The notes under the pieces: generated by a model
What the model was told of the DNA's origin: nothing
Seen by the model: the letters and a program-made list of their open reading frames with translations, nothing else
Database searches by the model: none
Part shown: one piece after another, positions 35,700 to 45,701 of the stretch
Layout: every line of letters begins with the position of its first letter
How positions within the stretch are numbered: the stretch's first letter is position 1
Translations under genes and position numbers: made by a program
Assembly: GCA_964574495.1 (NCBI GenBank)
Contig: CAZNNT010000001.1
Location: 5,194 to 69,193 of the forward strand
From: an uncultured Candidatus Saccharibacteria bacterium
GTDB lineage: Bacteria > Patescibacteriota > Minisyncoccia > HO2-45-28
Reading direction: 5' to 3'
Length of the DNA stretch: 64,000 nt

Positions 35700-36747
35700 A
35701 GTGGCCTTTTTTTATAAGCGTCTCTGCAGGAATGTCAATTTTTGCCGCCTTGCCGATTATTTTTCGCAGGTATTTGGGTTCCAGACCCGTGCCCGGGCGT
35801 TTAATGGCCAGATTACTGCGGCTGAATATTTCGCCTTTTTTAATGTCGCGTAAAACAACAACGCTTTTTCTCGCAAGCGCTTTATAGGCCGATTCGCTTT
35901 TAGAAGGCCTTTTTTCGGCCGAACCCTTAAGTAAGGGAATCATTCTTATCTGCCTGACCATTTCTTTAAATTCTTCCGGCTCCAAAGACGCTTTATGGTC
36001 GGGTCCCGGCAGATTTTTGTTTAAAGTCAGATGCTTTTCAATAATTTCCGCGCCCATGGCCGCGGCCAAAACCGAAGCGAACGCGCCGAGCGTGTGGTCG
36101 GAATAACCGGCCAAAACCCCAAACTTTTTACGAAATGTCTCCAAAACCCGCAGATTGGCTTCCTCCGGCTTTGAGGGATAATCGGTGGTGCACTGCAAAA
36201 GAATAATTTTATTGTTTCCGGATTTTCTGATAGTTTTTACGGCTTCTTTAACTTCGGACATTGTTGCCATTCCGGTTGAAATTATCATCGGTTTTTTGAA
36301 GCGCGCGGCGTATTCCAAAACCGGCAGATTGGTCAGTTCCCCCGAGCCGAATTTAAAAGCCGTAGCGCCCAAAGCGCGGACTCTGTCTACGCTCGCGAAT
36401 CCGCCGTGGGGCGAGGAAAGAAAAATAATTTTTTCCCCGCGGCAATACTCCGCGACTTTTTTAAAATCCTCATCGCTTAATTCCAACCTTTTAATCATTT
36501 CCAGCTGATTCTCGCTTCTGCCGATATTCTTTTTTTGGTAAGAGGCCATTTTTCCCGCCGAAGTTACCACCTCTTCGGCTTTAAAATCCTGAAATTTTAC
36601 GGCATCCGCGCCGGCTTTTTTTGCCGCTTTAACGAGTTTCAGCGCCAGCGATAATTTACCGTTATGGTTTACTCCGGCTTCGGCTATCACGAAAACCGGC
36701 TGTCCCTGGCCGATGAACTTTCCGCCTATTTTGAGATTAGAAACCAT
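35692..36747 (-). CDS. N-acylneuraminate (nonulosonate) synthase, NeuB/LegI/PseI family with a C-terminal SAF domain
   Basis: VFVIAEAGVNHNGKLSLALKLVKAAKKAGADAVKFQ is the NeuB TIM-barrel N-terminus. The C-terminal ~60 aa are SAF/antifreeze-like (KKGEIFSRSNLAIKRPGTG). Confidence 0.85.
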   Translation of the reverse strand: MVSNLKIGGKFIGQGQPVFVIAEAGVNHNGKLSLALKLVKAAKKAGADAVKFQDFKAEEVVTSAGKMASYQKKNIGRSENQLEMIKRLELSDEDFKKVAEYCRGEKIIFLSSPHGGFASVDRVRALGATAFKFGSGELTNLPVLEYAARFKKPMIISTGMATMSEVKEAVKTIRKSGNNKIILLQCTTDYPSKPEEANLRVLETFRKKFGVLAGYSDHTLGAFASVLAAAMGAEIIEKHLTLNKNLPGPDHKASLEPEEFKEMVRQIRMIPLLKGSAEKRPSKSESAYKALARKSVVVLRDIKKGEIFSRSNLAIKRPGTGLEPKYLRKIIGKAAKIDIPAETLIKKGHYE

Positions 36748-37714
36748 GAAAATATGCCCTCTTTAAAGCTAAAGCGTTTTTTAAGTCCGAAGCGGATTCT
36801 TCCAAATTACTGTACCCCTTTTTCTCGCGCGTTTTTTTTATAAAAAACGCGAGTTCTTTGCGGTACATATCATTGCCTCCGGCTTTGATTTTAAAAATCT
36901 TTGTTCTCTTGTCGGTATGAAGTTTTATTTCATTATCTTCACTGCCTCGCCGCAGAATCTTCTCCCAGATTAGCGTCCCGCGGCTCCCCAAAATCTCGCA
37001 GTATCTTTTTCCCGGAACCTGAAAATAATCCTGATGAACCGAAATTATTTTGCCCTTTTCGGAAACAAAAAGACCTTCAGCCATGTCTTCGGATTTAATT
37101 TTCAGGTCTGAAATATTTCCGGAAAATCCTTTAACGAACCGCAATTTTTCTCCGAGAAGCCAGGCGGGATAATTTATCTCGTGAATTAAATCCAAAGTTA
37201 CGCCTCCGCCTTTTTTGGAGTCGCCGGAATAGCTTTTTCGGTAATCCCCCTTTCTCCAAGTTCTCAAATCCTTTCCGGCCGAAACGCGCATGGAAAGTAT
37301 GACGCTGATTTTTTTTTGCTTGATCATTTTTTTCAAAAATACGAGCGGCTTAAAAAATTGGAGGCAGTAAGCCACGAAAAACACCGGCTTTCGCTTTTTA
37401 ATTTCTTTTCGTATTTTGGCGATGTCTTTTAAAGAATGGGATATCGGTTTTTCCACGAAAATGCCCGCGGGATTATGACGGAGGCAGCGCAAAATCGTCG
37501 CGGCGTGCTTGTGAGTTTCGTTGGTTATGAAAAAAATATCCGGGCCGGCGGCGTAAAATTTTTTTTCCGAAGAAAAAAACCGGATATTCTTATCCGAACT
37601 TTTCACATCCTTTCTTTTGGTCAGCACGTTAAGGATTGAGCGCGGGAAAAGTTCGCGGATGTTGGCCGCGTGCCTCTGGCCGATTGAACCGTAACCGATA
37701 AGCCCCATGTTCAT
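36737..37714 (-). CDS. Gfo/Idh/MocA-family NAD(P)-dependent oxidoreductase
   Basis: MNMGLIGYGSIGQRHAANI Rossmann N-terminus and an EKP motif (FVEKPIS). Confidence 0.7.
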   Translation of the reverse strand: MNMGLIGYGSIGQRHAANIRELFPRSILNVLTKRKDVKSSDKNIRFFSSEKKFYAAGPDIFFITNETHKHAATILRCLRHNPAGIFVEKPISHSLKDIAKIRKEIKKRKPVFFVAYCLQFFKPLVFLKKMIKQKKISVILSMRVSAGKDLRTWRKGDYRKSYSGDSKKGGGVTLDLIHEINYPAWLLGEKLRFVKGFSGNISDLKIKSEDMAEGLFVSEKGKIISVHQDYFQVPGKRYCEILGSRGTLIWEKILRRGSEDNEIKLHTDKRTKIFKIKAGGNDMYRKELAFFIKKTREKKGYSNLEESASDLKNALALKRAYFHGF

Positions 37715-37718
37715 AAAA

Positions 37719-38453
37719 TTATTTTAAGTTCTTAATTCTATTTTTTATAACCCCTTTCTTTTTGTATAAAATTTCGGCCAGCGCCCAGTCCTCCGGCGCG
37801 TCCAAATCCACCGACCTCCATTTATCGCAAACCACGGCTTTGGTTTTTTTGGTCAAAACCGTTTTTTCTTTCAGAAGCGCGGATGTTTTAACAATGTAGA
37901 CAAAACAGCCGTTGAGGAGATAAGCGACATTCCAATCCTGAATGTTGGACGACTTGAATTTAACCTTATTTGCTAAAATGATATTTTTATTTTTATCCAG
38001 CCAATAAAGCCGGGGGTGGGTTGGAGCTACAGTTAAAACCGTCGTGGCGTCGGTTCGTTTCATCAAATCCCACGAGGCCTCAATGTCTCTATTTTCGCGA
38101 AGGGGCGAGGTGGTCTGCAAAATTACAATATGAGTCGGCTCATATTTTTCATCTTTTTTTAGACGTTTTAACAGAAACACTATGGCGTCAATCACCTGCG
38201 CCTTATCGCCCGCTAAACTTTTCGGCCTTAAATACGGAACTTCGGCGCCGTATTTTTTGGAAATGGAGGCGATTTTGGGCGAGTCGGTATCAACCACCAC
38301 GCGGTCAATCCATGGAATTTTTTTGGCCTGCAAAATCGTGTAAGCAATCAGCGGTTTGCCCAGAAAATTTCTTATGTTTTTATTGCGGATTCTTTTTGAA
38401 CCGGCTCTGGCGGGAATTACGGCTAAAACCGTTTTATTTTTCTTAATTTTCAT
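37719..38453 (-). CDS. Acylneuraminate cytidylyltransferase (CMP-nonulosonate synthetase, NeuA/LegF/PseF family)
   Basis: AVIPARAGSKRIRNKNIRNFLGKPLIAYTI is the canonical CTP_transf_3 N-terminus. 244 aa. Confidence 0.85.
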   Translation of the reverse strand: MKIKKNKTVLAVIPARAGSKRIRNKNIRNFLGKPLIAYTILQAKKIPWIDRVVVDTDSPKIASISKKYGAEVPYLRPKSLAGDKAQVIDAIVFLLKRLKKDEKYEPTHIVILQTTSPLRENRDIEASWDLMKRTDATTVLTVAPTHPRLYWLDKNKNIILANKVKFKSSNIQDWNVAYLLNGCFVYIVKTSALLKEKTVLTKKTKAVVCDKWRSVDLDAPEDWALAEILYKKKGVIKNRIKNLK

Positions 38454-38458
38454 GGCTA

Positions 38459-39763
38459 TTAAACCAGGCCTTTGAGCGGCGTTTGATTTTCGCCGGGATC
38501 TTCGCCTGCCGGACCGCCGTTAGACACTACTTTTTTCAACCGCCATAAATCGTCTTCTCCCTTTTTCCAAACATGGGGCATTCTGTATTTATCCATAATT
38601 TTCCAGAAATGCTCTTCGCTGATTCCCAGATAATCCAAAAAATTCTGAAAATATTTTTTAGGAAATTCGTGGTCGTATCTATGCACCAGCGAAACCGCCT
38701 CTTCCCTTGTGATGTGGCCGCATCTGATTTCACTGCAGGCCTCGCGGGTAGCCCGCCCGTAGCCGAATTTAATATAGGCCAAGAGCCAATGGAACGGGTC
38801 CAATTGGTCGTCAATGCTGCAGTGCTTGGTATAAGTGCCTTCGGTACGTTCGGTGTTGGCTTCAAATCCGGTGTGTTTTGAAGCGTAGTAAAAATTTTCC
38901 TGCGGCACCCAGAGTTTATAGTAAGACCACCAGTGCATCTGCAAATCAAGTTTTTTAATTTCATCAAGCGCCGGCGGACGGTAAAAATCAAACTGATTAT
39001 CTTTAAGCTCGGAAGCCGAAAAAATTCCCATTTTAAAACCTTCCGCGAGCAAAACATCCACTCCGGCTCCTTTAAAATAAAGCTCGTCCCAATCCTCGGG
39101 CGATTCATAGGGTTTGTTTTCGTTTTTAAACGACCCGCCGTATTCAATCTCGCCGTTTTCGCCGTAAAAAATCAGGGGGATTTTAAAGCGATGGGCCATC
39201 TGAAAAGCCAGCGCTTTTTGCCCGAAAGTGAACGGCTCCCACGGATCGCCCTTCAATTCAAAAGCCACGCGGGCAAGTTTGCGATGCAAAATTCCGTTCG
39301 GCCAAACGAGCACTCCGTCAAGCCCGCTCTGAATAAAATTAAAATAATTCTGCCAGCCGATATCGGTATAAATAAACGGCGCCCAGGTTACGGCTAAAGG
39401 ATGCATTCCGCGGGCTTTCAATTGATGCGTTACCAAAGCGCTGTCTTTTCCCGCGCTGCCCGGAACAATGACGTCAAAACCGCCGTTTTTAGACCGGTGT
39501 TTGTCCAGAAGCGCTTCCAATTCTTTTTCCCGTTTAGCCCAATCAATTACTCCGCCGAATTTTTTTTCGGCGTATTTGCAGGCGTTGCAGATGCCGTCGG
39601 CGTCAAACTCGGTTCTGGGACGCTGATTGGATATGACGCATTTTTTGCAAAATAAAATTTTTTGAGGCAGTAACTTCAGCTGCCGGTCCTTGGTCTTAAA
39701 TTCATACTGCCGATATTTTGTTTCATCTATGTTTAATTTAGGAAATTTATATTTCATGACCAA
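38459..39763 (-). CDS. N-acetyl sugar amidotransferase (PP-loop ATPase; PseA/WbpG/LfnA family)
   Basis: PP-loop-like VPGSAGKDS, an N-terminal Cys cluster (CKKC ... CNAC) and ~430 aa are typical of the LPS/flagellin-glycan amidotransferase family that makes acetamidino groups. Confidence 0.7.
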   Translation of the reverse strand: MVMKYKFPKLNIDETKYRQYEFKTKDRQLKLLPQKILFCKKCVISNQRPRTEFDADGICNACKYAEKKFGGVIDWAKREKELEALLDKHRSKNGGFDVIVPGSAGKDSALVTHQLKARGMHPLAVTWAPFIYTDIGWQNYFNFIQSGLDGVLVWPNGILHRKLARVAFELKGDPWEPFTFGQKALAFQMAHRFKIPLIFYGENGEIEYGGSFKNENKPYESPEDWDELYFKGAGVDVLLAEGFKMGIFSASELKDNQFDFYRPPALDEIKKLDLQMHWWSYYKLWVPQENFYYASKHTGFEANTERTEGTYTKHCSIDDQLDPFHWLLAYIKFGYGRATREACSEIRCGHITREEAVSLVHRYDHEFPKKYFQNFLDYLGISEEHFWKIMDKYRMPHVWKKGEDDLWRLKKVVSNGGPAGEDPGENQTPLKGLV

Positions 39764-39774
39764 TCCAAACTATA

Positions 39775-41307
39775 TCATAAATTACGCTCTTTGCAAAACG
39801 CTTCCAGAATTTTTAATCCGGCTTGTCCGCTTCGCTCCGGATGAAACTGGGTCGCAAAAATATTGTCTTTTTTTACCGCGGAGCAGAATCTTTGGCCTCC
39901 GTATTCCGAAACGGCGGCCACCACGCTTTGGTCTTCCGGTTCCGGATAATAAGAGTGCACGAAATAGACCATTTCATCGCCGCCGGCGTTTTGGCGCTTC
40001 GGATTTTTCAAATAATTCCATCCTATATGAGGCAGTTTATATCTGTTTAAATTAACTTCGGACGGTTTTTTAAAAGATACGACCCGGCCGCCAATCAAAT
40101 CAAGGCCTTTGTGCAAGCCGAACTCTTCGCTTTCCGAAAAAAGAAGCTGCATACCCAGACATATCCCTAAAAACGGTTTGCCGGATTTAACTTCTTCCAC
40201 AAGCGGCTCAATAAGACCCATATTTTTCAGGGCGTTCATTCCGTGCTCATACGCTCCGACTCCGGGCAAAACCAGACATTTGACATTTTTAAATTCCGAA
40301 GGACTTTCAATTACTTTTACGCTTTTTCCCAGACGCTCAAACGCTTTCAAAACGCTTTTTACATTATTAAGTTTGTAATTAATCACGCCGATGTCGCGCT
40401 TTTGGCCGATTTTTAACAAGTCCTCGCGGCTTTCCTTGCCTATGTCAATTCCCAAATTTTCGTCTCCCAGCTGCCTTAAAGTGAATCGATTATAGTCAAA
40501 GATGCCGGCCGCGGACGCCGACCCCGACTTTTTTTTCGCGTCCGAAACATTCCTCACCTTAATTCCGGCTTTCAAAAGCGCGGTTTTGACATCATCAATA
40601 TCCGCTTCTTTATAGTGAAAAATGGAGGCCGCGGCCACCGCGTCGGCGTCAGTCGTCTTGAAACAATCAACAAAATCCTCCGGTTTAGCCGCGCCGCCCG
40701 AAGCAATGACCGGAATTGAAACGGCTCCAGACACTTCTTTTACAAGCTCCAGATCAAGCCCGTTTTTAGCGCCTTCCATATCAACCGAGGTCAATAAAAT
40801 CTCGCCCGCGCCCAATTCTTCGCCTCTTTTGGCCCACGAAACGGCATTCAGGCCGGTTGTTTGCCGGCCGTTATCGGTGTAGGCCTCCCATTTGCCCGGC
40901 GATATTTTTTTGGCTTCAATTGAAAGCACGACGCACTGCGACCCGAAACGCTCCGAGGCCTCCTTAATCAATCGCGGATTTTTGGTGGCGGCCGTGTTTA
41001 CGGCCACCTTGTCGGCTCCGGCTCGCAATAAATTTTCTATGTCTTCAATCGTACGAACTCCGCCGCCGGCGGTAAAAGGAATAAATATTTTTTCGGTCGC
41101 GCGCTCCACAATATTTAAAAGATTCTTACGGCCGTATAAACTGGCGACGGTATCTAAATAAATCAATTCATCAGCGCCCTGCAAATAATATTCCTCGGCT
41201 ATGTCTTCCGGCCTGCCCATCACGCGCAAACATTCAAACTGGACGCCCTTAACCACATTGGGGCCCTTAATATCCAGTCGGGCAATGACGCGTATGTTTT
41301 TGTCCAT
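39775..41307 (-). CDS. Fused imidazole-glycerol-phosphate-synthase-like protein: HisF-like cyclase (N-terminal) + HisH-like glutamine amidotransferase (C-terminal); WbuZ/WbuY-type partner of the amidotransferase
   Basis: N-half: ARLDIKGPNVVKGVQFE ... FTAGGGVRTIEDIENLLRAGADKVAVNTAA (HisF barrel). C-half: class I GATase with GICLGMQLL (catalytic Cys) and FHPERS (His). Confidence 0.8.
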   Translation of the reverse strand: MDKNIRVIARLDIKGPNVVKGVQFECLRVMGRPEDIAEEYYLQGADELIYLDTVASLYGRKNLLNIVERATEKIFIPFTAGGGVRTIEDIENLLRAGADKVAVNTAATKNPRLIKEASERFGSQCVVLSIEAKKISPGKWEAYTDNGRQTTGLNAVSWAKRGEELGAGEILLTSVDMEGAKNGLDLELVKEVSGAVSIPVIASGGAAKPEDFVDCFKTTDADAVAAASIFHYKEADIDDVKTALLKAGIKVRNVSDAKKKSGSASAAGIFDYNRFTLRQLGDENLGIDIGKESREDLLKIGQKRDIGVINYKLNNVKSVLKAFERLGKSVKVIESPSEFKNVKCLVLPGVGAYEHGMNALKNMGLIEPLVEEVKSGKPFLGICLGMQLLFSESEEFGLHKGLDLIGGRVVSFKKPSEVNLNRYKLPHIGWNYLKNPKRQNAGGDEMVYFVHSYYPEPEDQSVVAAVSEYGGQRFCSAVKKDNIFATQFHPERSGQAGLKILEAFCKERNL

Positions 41308-41322
41308 TGGCTTGCCTTACGT

Positions 41323-43101
41323 TTATTTTTTGATAATAAGAGTTCTATTAAGCAGTAAGGCATCCAAGTCGGATTCAATAAAAGTGTGCCAGGCGTCTTC
41401 GGCGTTCCTGACAATCGGCTCGCCGTGCAGATTAAACGAGGTGTTTAAGAGCGCTCCCACACCGGTCTGTTTTTCAAATTCCTGAATCAAGGCGTAATAT
41501 TCGGGGTTGGACTCTTCTTCCAAAATCTGGGGACGCGCCGTAAAATCAGCCGGATGAATCGCGGCTTTCAGGTGTTCTTGCCCTAAAAGCGTAGTATCAA
41601 AAGCCATTGTCATAAAGGGCGACTTTAAATTTTTGGGATTAACCAGGTAATCATTCGCGCGATAATCAAGAATTGAAGGCGTAAAAGGCATCCAGAAATC
41701 ACGGTATTTTATTTTGTCGTTGATTAAACGGATGTTGTCAAAATTGGATGGATGGCAAAGAATGGAACGATTGCCCAGAGCTCTCGCCCCAAACTCGCCC
41801 CTCCCCGCGCATCTTGCCACAATTTTGTTTTTAGCGAGCAGGTCCGCGATTTGCTTATTTGACGCTTCGTAAACTATCTCGTAACCGGCAATATCATATT
41901 TCGCGATAAGTTTTTTTATTTCGTCATCGGTTATAGCGTAGCCCAGATAAACATTGGTTGGCGTTTTTGGAGCAATCCCCTTTTCCGCAAAAAGCGCGAA
42001 TGCCGCCCCTATCGCCGTTGATTCATCCCCGCCCGATGCCGGCACAAAAAAATAATTCAATCCGTCAATTTCGGCAAGCGTCTTATTGGCCTTAACATTC
42101 ATAGCGAGCCCTCCGCTAAAAACAAGCGAGTCAACCCGCAGATGGTTTAAAACATTTTTCGCCCAGACGGCTAAAACCTCTTCCACCCATTTCTGGAGGC
42201 CGCCGGCAATGCCGTCAAAACGGACGCCTTCCAGCTTGTCTTTGAAATAAAAATACATGTCCGACGGCTTTTTATTCCATTTAAAATCCAGGCCGTCGGC
42301 GACCAGGGTTTCCTTAAAGACATCGTAGGCCGGCTTTAAAACATAGTCCTTGGCGTAGGGCGCTAAACCCATAACTTTATATTCGTGCTCAAAAGGCCTC
42401 ATTCCGAGAAGTAAAGTAATATAGCGATAGATTCTTGCCAGATTGCACATGGCGCTTCCATGAATTTTTTCAAGTTTCCCGTTTTCGGCGACATAAATAG
42501 AGGCGTTTTCGCCGTCGCCCCAGCCGTCGGCCGTAATTACGCCGATTCTTTTTGAGCGCTCCAAGGGCGAGGCGTAATAAGCGTAACCGGCGTGAGCCAA
42601 ATGATGATTGACGAATATAACCTTTCCTGGATCAATGCCCAATTGCTTGACGGCAACTTTGATTCTTTCCTTATTAAATGCCTCGCTCCATTTTTCTTTC
42701 GGCTCGGTTTTCATAAAGCCGAAATCGTAATATTCTTTTTCGGGAAAATTAAAACGCTTTTCCTGCATCACGTTTTCCCAAAAAGACGATTCTTTATTTT
42801 CAAGTAAAACCGGCTTCCAGTATTCATTCATTTCGCGAAGGTAATCTGAAACGCGAAATCTGGTGATTCTTTTTATTTTTAACTGCGCGGGGTCCGTAAT
42901 CTGGCAGGTATAGGCGACAAAATCCACCTCTTCCGGCTTTACGCCCGTAAGACGAAAGGCCTCTTCCACGCTTTTGAAGGGATAGCCAACTTCGTTTTTG
43001 GACCTCTCAATCCGCTCTTCGGAAGAGGCGTATAAAACTTCGCCGTCTTTTATCAGCGCGGCTGTCGCGTTATGGTCCTCATTTATTCCCAGGATAATCA
43101 T
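41323..43101 (-). CDS. Carbamoyltransferase (NodU/CmcH/TobZ family)
   Basis: MIILGINEDHNATAALIKDGEVLYASSEERIERSKN is the Kae1/YgjD-like N-terminus of Carbam_trans_N. The C-terminal domain is Carbam_trans_C-like. 592 aa. Confidence 0.8.
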   Translation of the reverse strand: MIILGINEDHNATAALIKDGEVLYASSEERIERSKNEVGYPFKSVEEAFRLTGVKPEEVDFVAYTCQITDPAQLKIKRITRFRVSDYLREMNEYWKPVLLENKESSFWENVMQEKRFNFPEKEYYDFGFMKTEPKEKWSEAFNKERIKVAVKQLGIDPGKVIFVNHHLAHAGYAYYASPLERSKRIGVITADGWGDGENASIYVAENGKLEKIHGSAMCNLARIYRYITLLLGMRPFEHEYKVMGLAPYAKDYVLKPAYDVFKETLVADGLDFKWNKKPSDMYFYFKDKLEGVRFDGIAGGLQKWVEEVLAVWAKNVLNHLRVDSLVFSGGLAMNVKANKTLAEIDGLNYFFVPASGGDESTAIGAAFALFAEKGIAPKTPTNVYLGYAITDDEIKKLIAKYDIAGYEIVYEASNKQIADLLAKNKIVARCAGRGEFGARALGNRSILCHPSNFDNIRLINDKIKYRDFWMPFTPSILDYRANDYLVNPKNLKSPFMTMAFDTTLLGQEHLKAAIHPADFTARPQILEEESNPEYYALIQEFEKQTGVGALLNTSFNLHGEPIVRNAEDAWHTFIESDLDALLLNRTLIIKK

Positions 43102-43124
43102 AAAATATTTTTTATAATACGATA

Positions 43125-45701
43125 TTGATGGACGGCGGTCAATATGATATTATTTTGGGCATGGTAAAAATTGAAGAACTAAAACGTTGGCAGTACGGGT
43201 TATTCGCGGCTCTGGTCATGCTTGCGGGATTTGTGATTTTATTTTGGCCGGAAATTACCGGAAAAAACTTGCCGCCGATAGGAAACATAGGCCTATACCA
43301 CTACATATATTTCACGGCTACGAGTTTTTTCATAAATATCCTTAATATGCTGCCGAACTGGTGGCCGGCCTATAATTCGGGGTACCCCATAAACCTTACT
43401 TTGGACGGCTTTCTTAATCCCTTTTTTCTTTTGGCGCTAAAATTCATTCCTCCGTTTTTAGCCAACAATTTGGCGATTATTTTTCTTTTCGTCATAAACG
43501 GCTTGAGTTTTTACGCGCTGGCGAGAGCGCTGAAATTAAGCAGGACGGCAGGCCTTATCAGCGCGATTTCATACGCTTTTAGCGGCGTTATTGTTCACTT
43601 CTCGGTGGTAACCACGATTGCCGCCTTAATGCCTTTTCTGCCGCTTTCTTTTTTATGCTGTCTTAAAATTTTTGAAGGCCGGACAAAATGGTTCTGGGCG
43701 TGGCTGGCTCTGATGACTTATTCCTGGTTCGGGGGATGGTCTGAAATGATTGTTTACGCCTTAACTGCCGTGGGATTTTTTGCGGTATATTTAATATTCA
43801 AAAACAGGAAGTCGGAAAATTTCAGTTTTTATTATCCCCTGCTTTTTTTCGGCGCCATTCCCTTGAGTATGCTGATTTTATCTCCGTGGTTTTTATCAAT
43901 TTTGCATTTTGTTTCTTACTCCGAAAGAGCCGGGGGAACGGGAGAGGCGGGCAAATACATGCCGACGACTCTCTCTCATCTTCTTCATATGCTAAATCCC
44001 CGCATTTCCGTTCTTTACGGCGACCTCTTGCCGTTTTTCTCTTTAGGCAATCATCCCTATTTTTTGTTTTTTGGCACTTTGCCGTTTCTGTTGGCGCTCT
44101 CGGCCTTTTTTATAAAAAATCTCAAGGAAAATAAAAACCTGTTATTTTTTATGGGATTGTCCGCCGGCGCCATTTTTATGACCGTGAACAACTCGCCTCT
44201 GTTCTGGCTGTTTCATCAGATTCCGGTGCTGAAGTGGTTTGGAGGATACTGGAAATGGTCGTTTGTCATTGTTTTTTCGCTGGCAATGCTGGCCGGCTAC
44301 GGTTTTGACAACATTGGAGATTTTTTCCGGCGTAAATTTTCTAAACGCGCGATTGCGGTTTTGTGGATATTTTTTGCCGTAGCTTTAATCGGCGCCGGAA
44401 CTATCGCCATTTTTGACCGCAAAATCCAATCAACGATTACCTCTTACGGCGTGGCTCACTACCAGAACGCAAGCGGTCGGGTTTTTGTCCGGCCGGCGGC
44501 CTATTACGAAAGGACGGTAAAAGAAATAGCCGAAAGTTTAACCTACAATTTCTCTTTAAAAAACAAGTGGATTATTCTTATGACCGTTTTGTGGTTTATG
44601 ACTCTGCTTTATTTCACCCTCGGCAGGAAGTATGGCGAAATAAACCTCCAAAGGTGGAAGGCCTTTGCGATTCTGGTGGCTTTTGCCGGAAGCGTTCTTC
44701 CTTGGTACGGATTTCTAAAGGGGCCCCCCATATCTTATCTTAGAAATGAACCCGAAACGGCAAAATTTCTGCACTCAATCGAGGCCTACGCTTCAAACAA
44801 ATTGCCGCTTAGCGGCCCGTCAAAAGATCTGGTGCCATATAGAATTTTTCTTTATGTGCCGGAACAATATGTCGCTGAAATTTCCGAAAAATACGGCAGT
44901 AAATTCGCTTTTGGAGAAGCCAATTACGATTTATTTAAAGAAATGATGGATGATAACGCCCATGTATTTTTCAATTTTGACACTTTTCAAAACCATCAAA
45001 CGCTCTCGCTCCAGCGCCTTATGGATGTTTATTTTTTAGTCAGGCGCCAGGACTTAAACTACCAAAACCGCTTTACGGCTACTACGCCTTTTGAAAAATT
45101 CGTGGAGGATTTTTCAAAAGAAAAAAATATGCGGCTTTTGGGGGCGTTAAACGTAAAATACATTCTGTCGTTTTTTGAATTAAAAACGGGGATGAAGCCG
45201 ATTTTTACGAATTACATCAGGGGTATAGTTCCGATTTATATTTATAAAAACCCTTATTTTATGCCGAGATGGCATTTTGCCGATAAAATTTTGTGGGCGG
45301 ATGGCGGCAAGGAGGACCCTCTAAAGACGCTTGACGGCGTAGAAAATCTTTCATCTATAACCCTCCTTGAAACGCAGACCTCGGGCGATCCGGCGCTCCT
45401 GACTAAATCAAATCCGAACGACAAAATAGAATTGGAACTTTATACCGCGGGCGCCTTACGTTTAAAAACAAAAACGGAAAATTACCGCTTTTTGGTATTT
45501 TCTGAAAGCCGTTTTCCCGACTTTTGGCAAGCGACGATTAACGGGCAAAAGACCCCGATTTATACCGCCAATTATCTTTATCAGGCGATTTTGGTCCCTC
45601 CCGGAGAAAACATCGTTGAATTTCGCTATCCTAAACTAATGGAGCAAAGCGCCATTGCGCTAAATAAACGCATTGAAAGCTTGCTTAAAATAAATAATTA
45701 A
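43125..45701 (+). CDS. YfhO-family polytopic membrane protein (putative GT-C-type glycosyltransferase)
   Basis: 858 aa, about 13 N-terminal TM helices followed by a large C-terminal extracytoplasmic domain. This matches YfhO size and architecture. The start is 24 nt after the divergent carbamoyltransferase gene. Confidence 0.5.
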   Translation: MMDGGQYDIILGMVKIEELKRWQYGLFAALVMLAGFVILFWPEITGKNLPPIGNIGLYHYIYFTATSFFINILNMLPNWWPAYNSGYPINLTLDGFLNPFFLLALKFIPPFLANNLAIIFLFVINGLSFYALARALKLSRTAGLISAISYAFSGVIVHFSVVTTIAALMPFLPLSFLCCLKIFEGRTKWFWAWLALMTYSWFGGWSEMIVYALTAVGFFAVYLIFKNRKSENFSFYYPLLFFGAIPLSMLILSPWFLSILHFVSYSERAGGTGEAGKYMPTTLSHLLHMLNPRISVLYGDLLPFFSLGNHPYFLFFGTLPFLLALSAFFIKNLKENKNLLFFMGLSAGAIFMTVNNSPLFWLFHQIPVLKWFGGYWKWSFVIVFSLAMLAGYGFDNIGDFFRRKFSKRAIAVLWIFFAVALIGAGTIAIFDRKIQSTITSYGVAHYQNASGRVFVRPAAYYERTVKEIAESLTYNFSLKNKWIILMTVLWFMTLLYFTLGRKYGEINLQRWKAFAILVAFAGSVLPWYGFLKGPPISYLRNEPETAKFLHSIEAYASNKLPLSGPSKDLVPYRIFLYVPEQYVAEISEKYGSKFAFGEANYDLFKEMMDDNAHVFFNFDTFQNHQTLSLQRLMDVYFLVRRQDLNYQNRFTATTPFEKFVEDFSKEKNMRLLGALNVKYILSFFELKTGMKPIFTNYIRGIVPIYIYKNPYFMPRWHFADKILWADGGKEDPLKTLDGVENLSSITLLETQTSGDPALLTKSNPNDKIELELYTAGALRLKTKTENYRFLVFSESRFPDFWQATINGQKTPIYTANYLYQAILVPPGENIVEFRYPKLMEQSAIALNKRIESLLKINN

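Noticed and set aside
38536-39397. Overlapping 203-aa minus-strand and 154-aa plus-strand ORFs within the amidotransferase gene
   Set aside because: These are alternative-frame or antisense ORFs inside a well-supported 434-aa PP-loop amidotransferase CDS.
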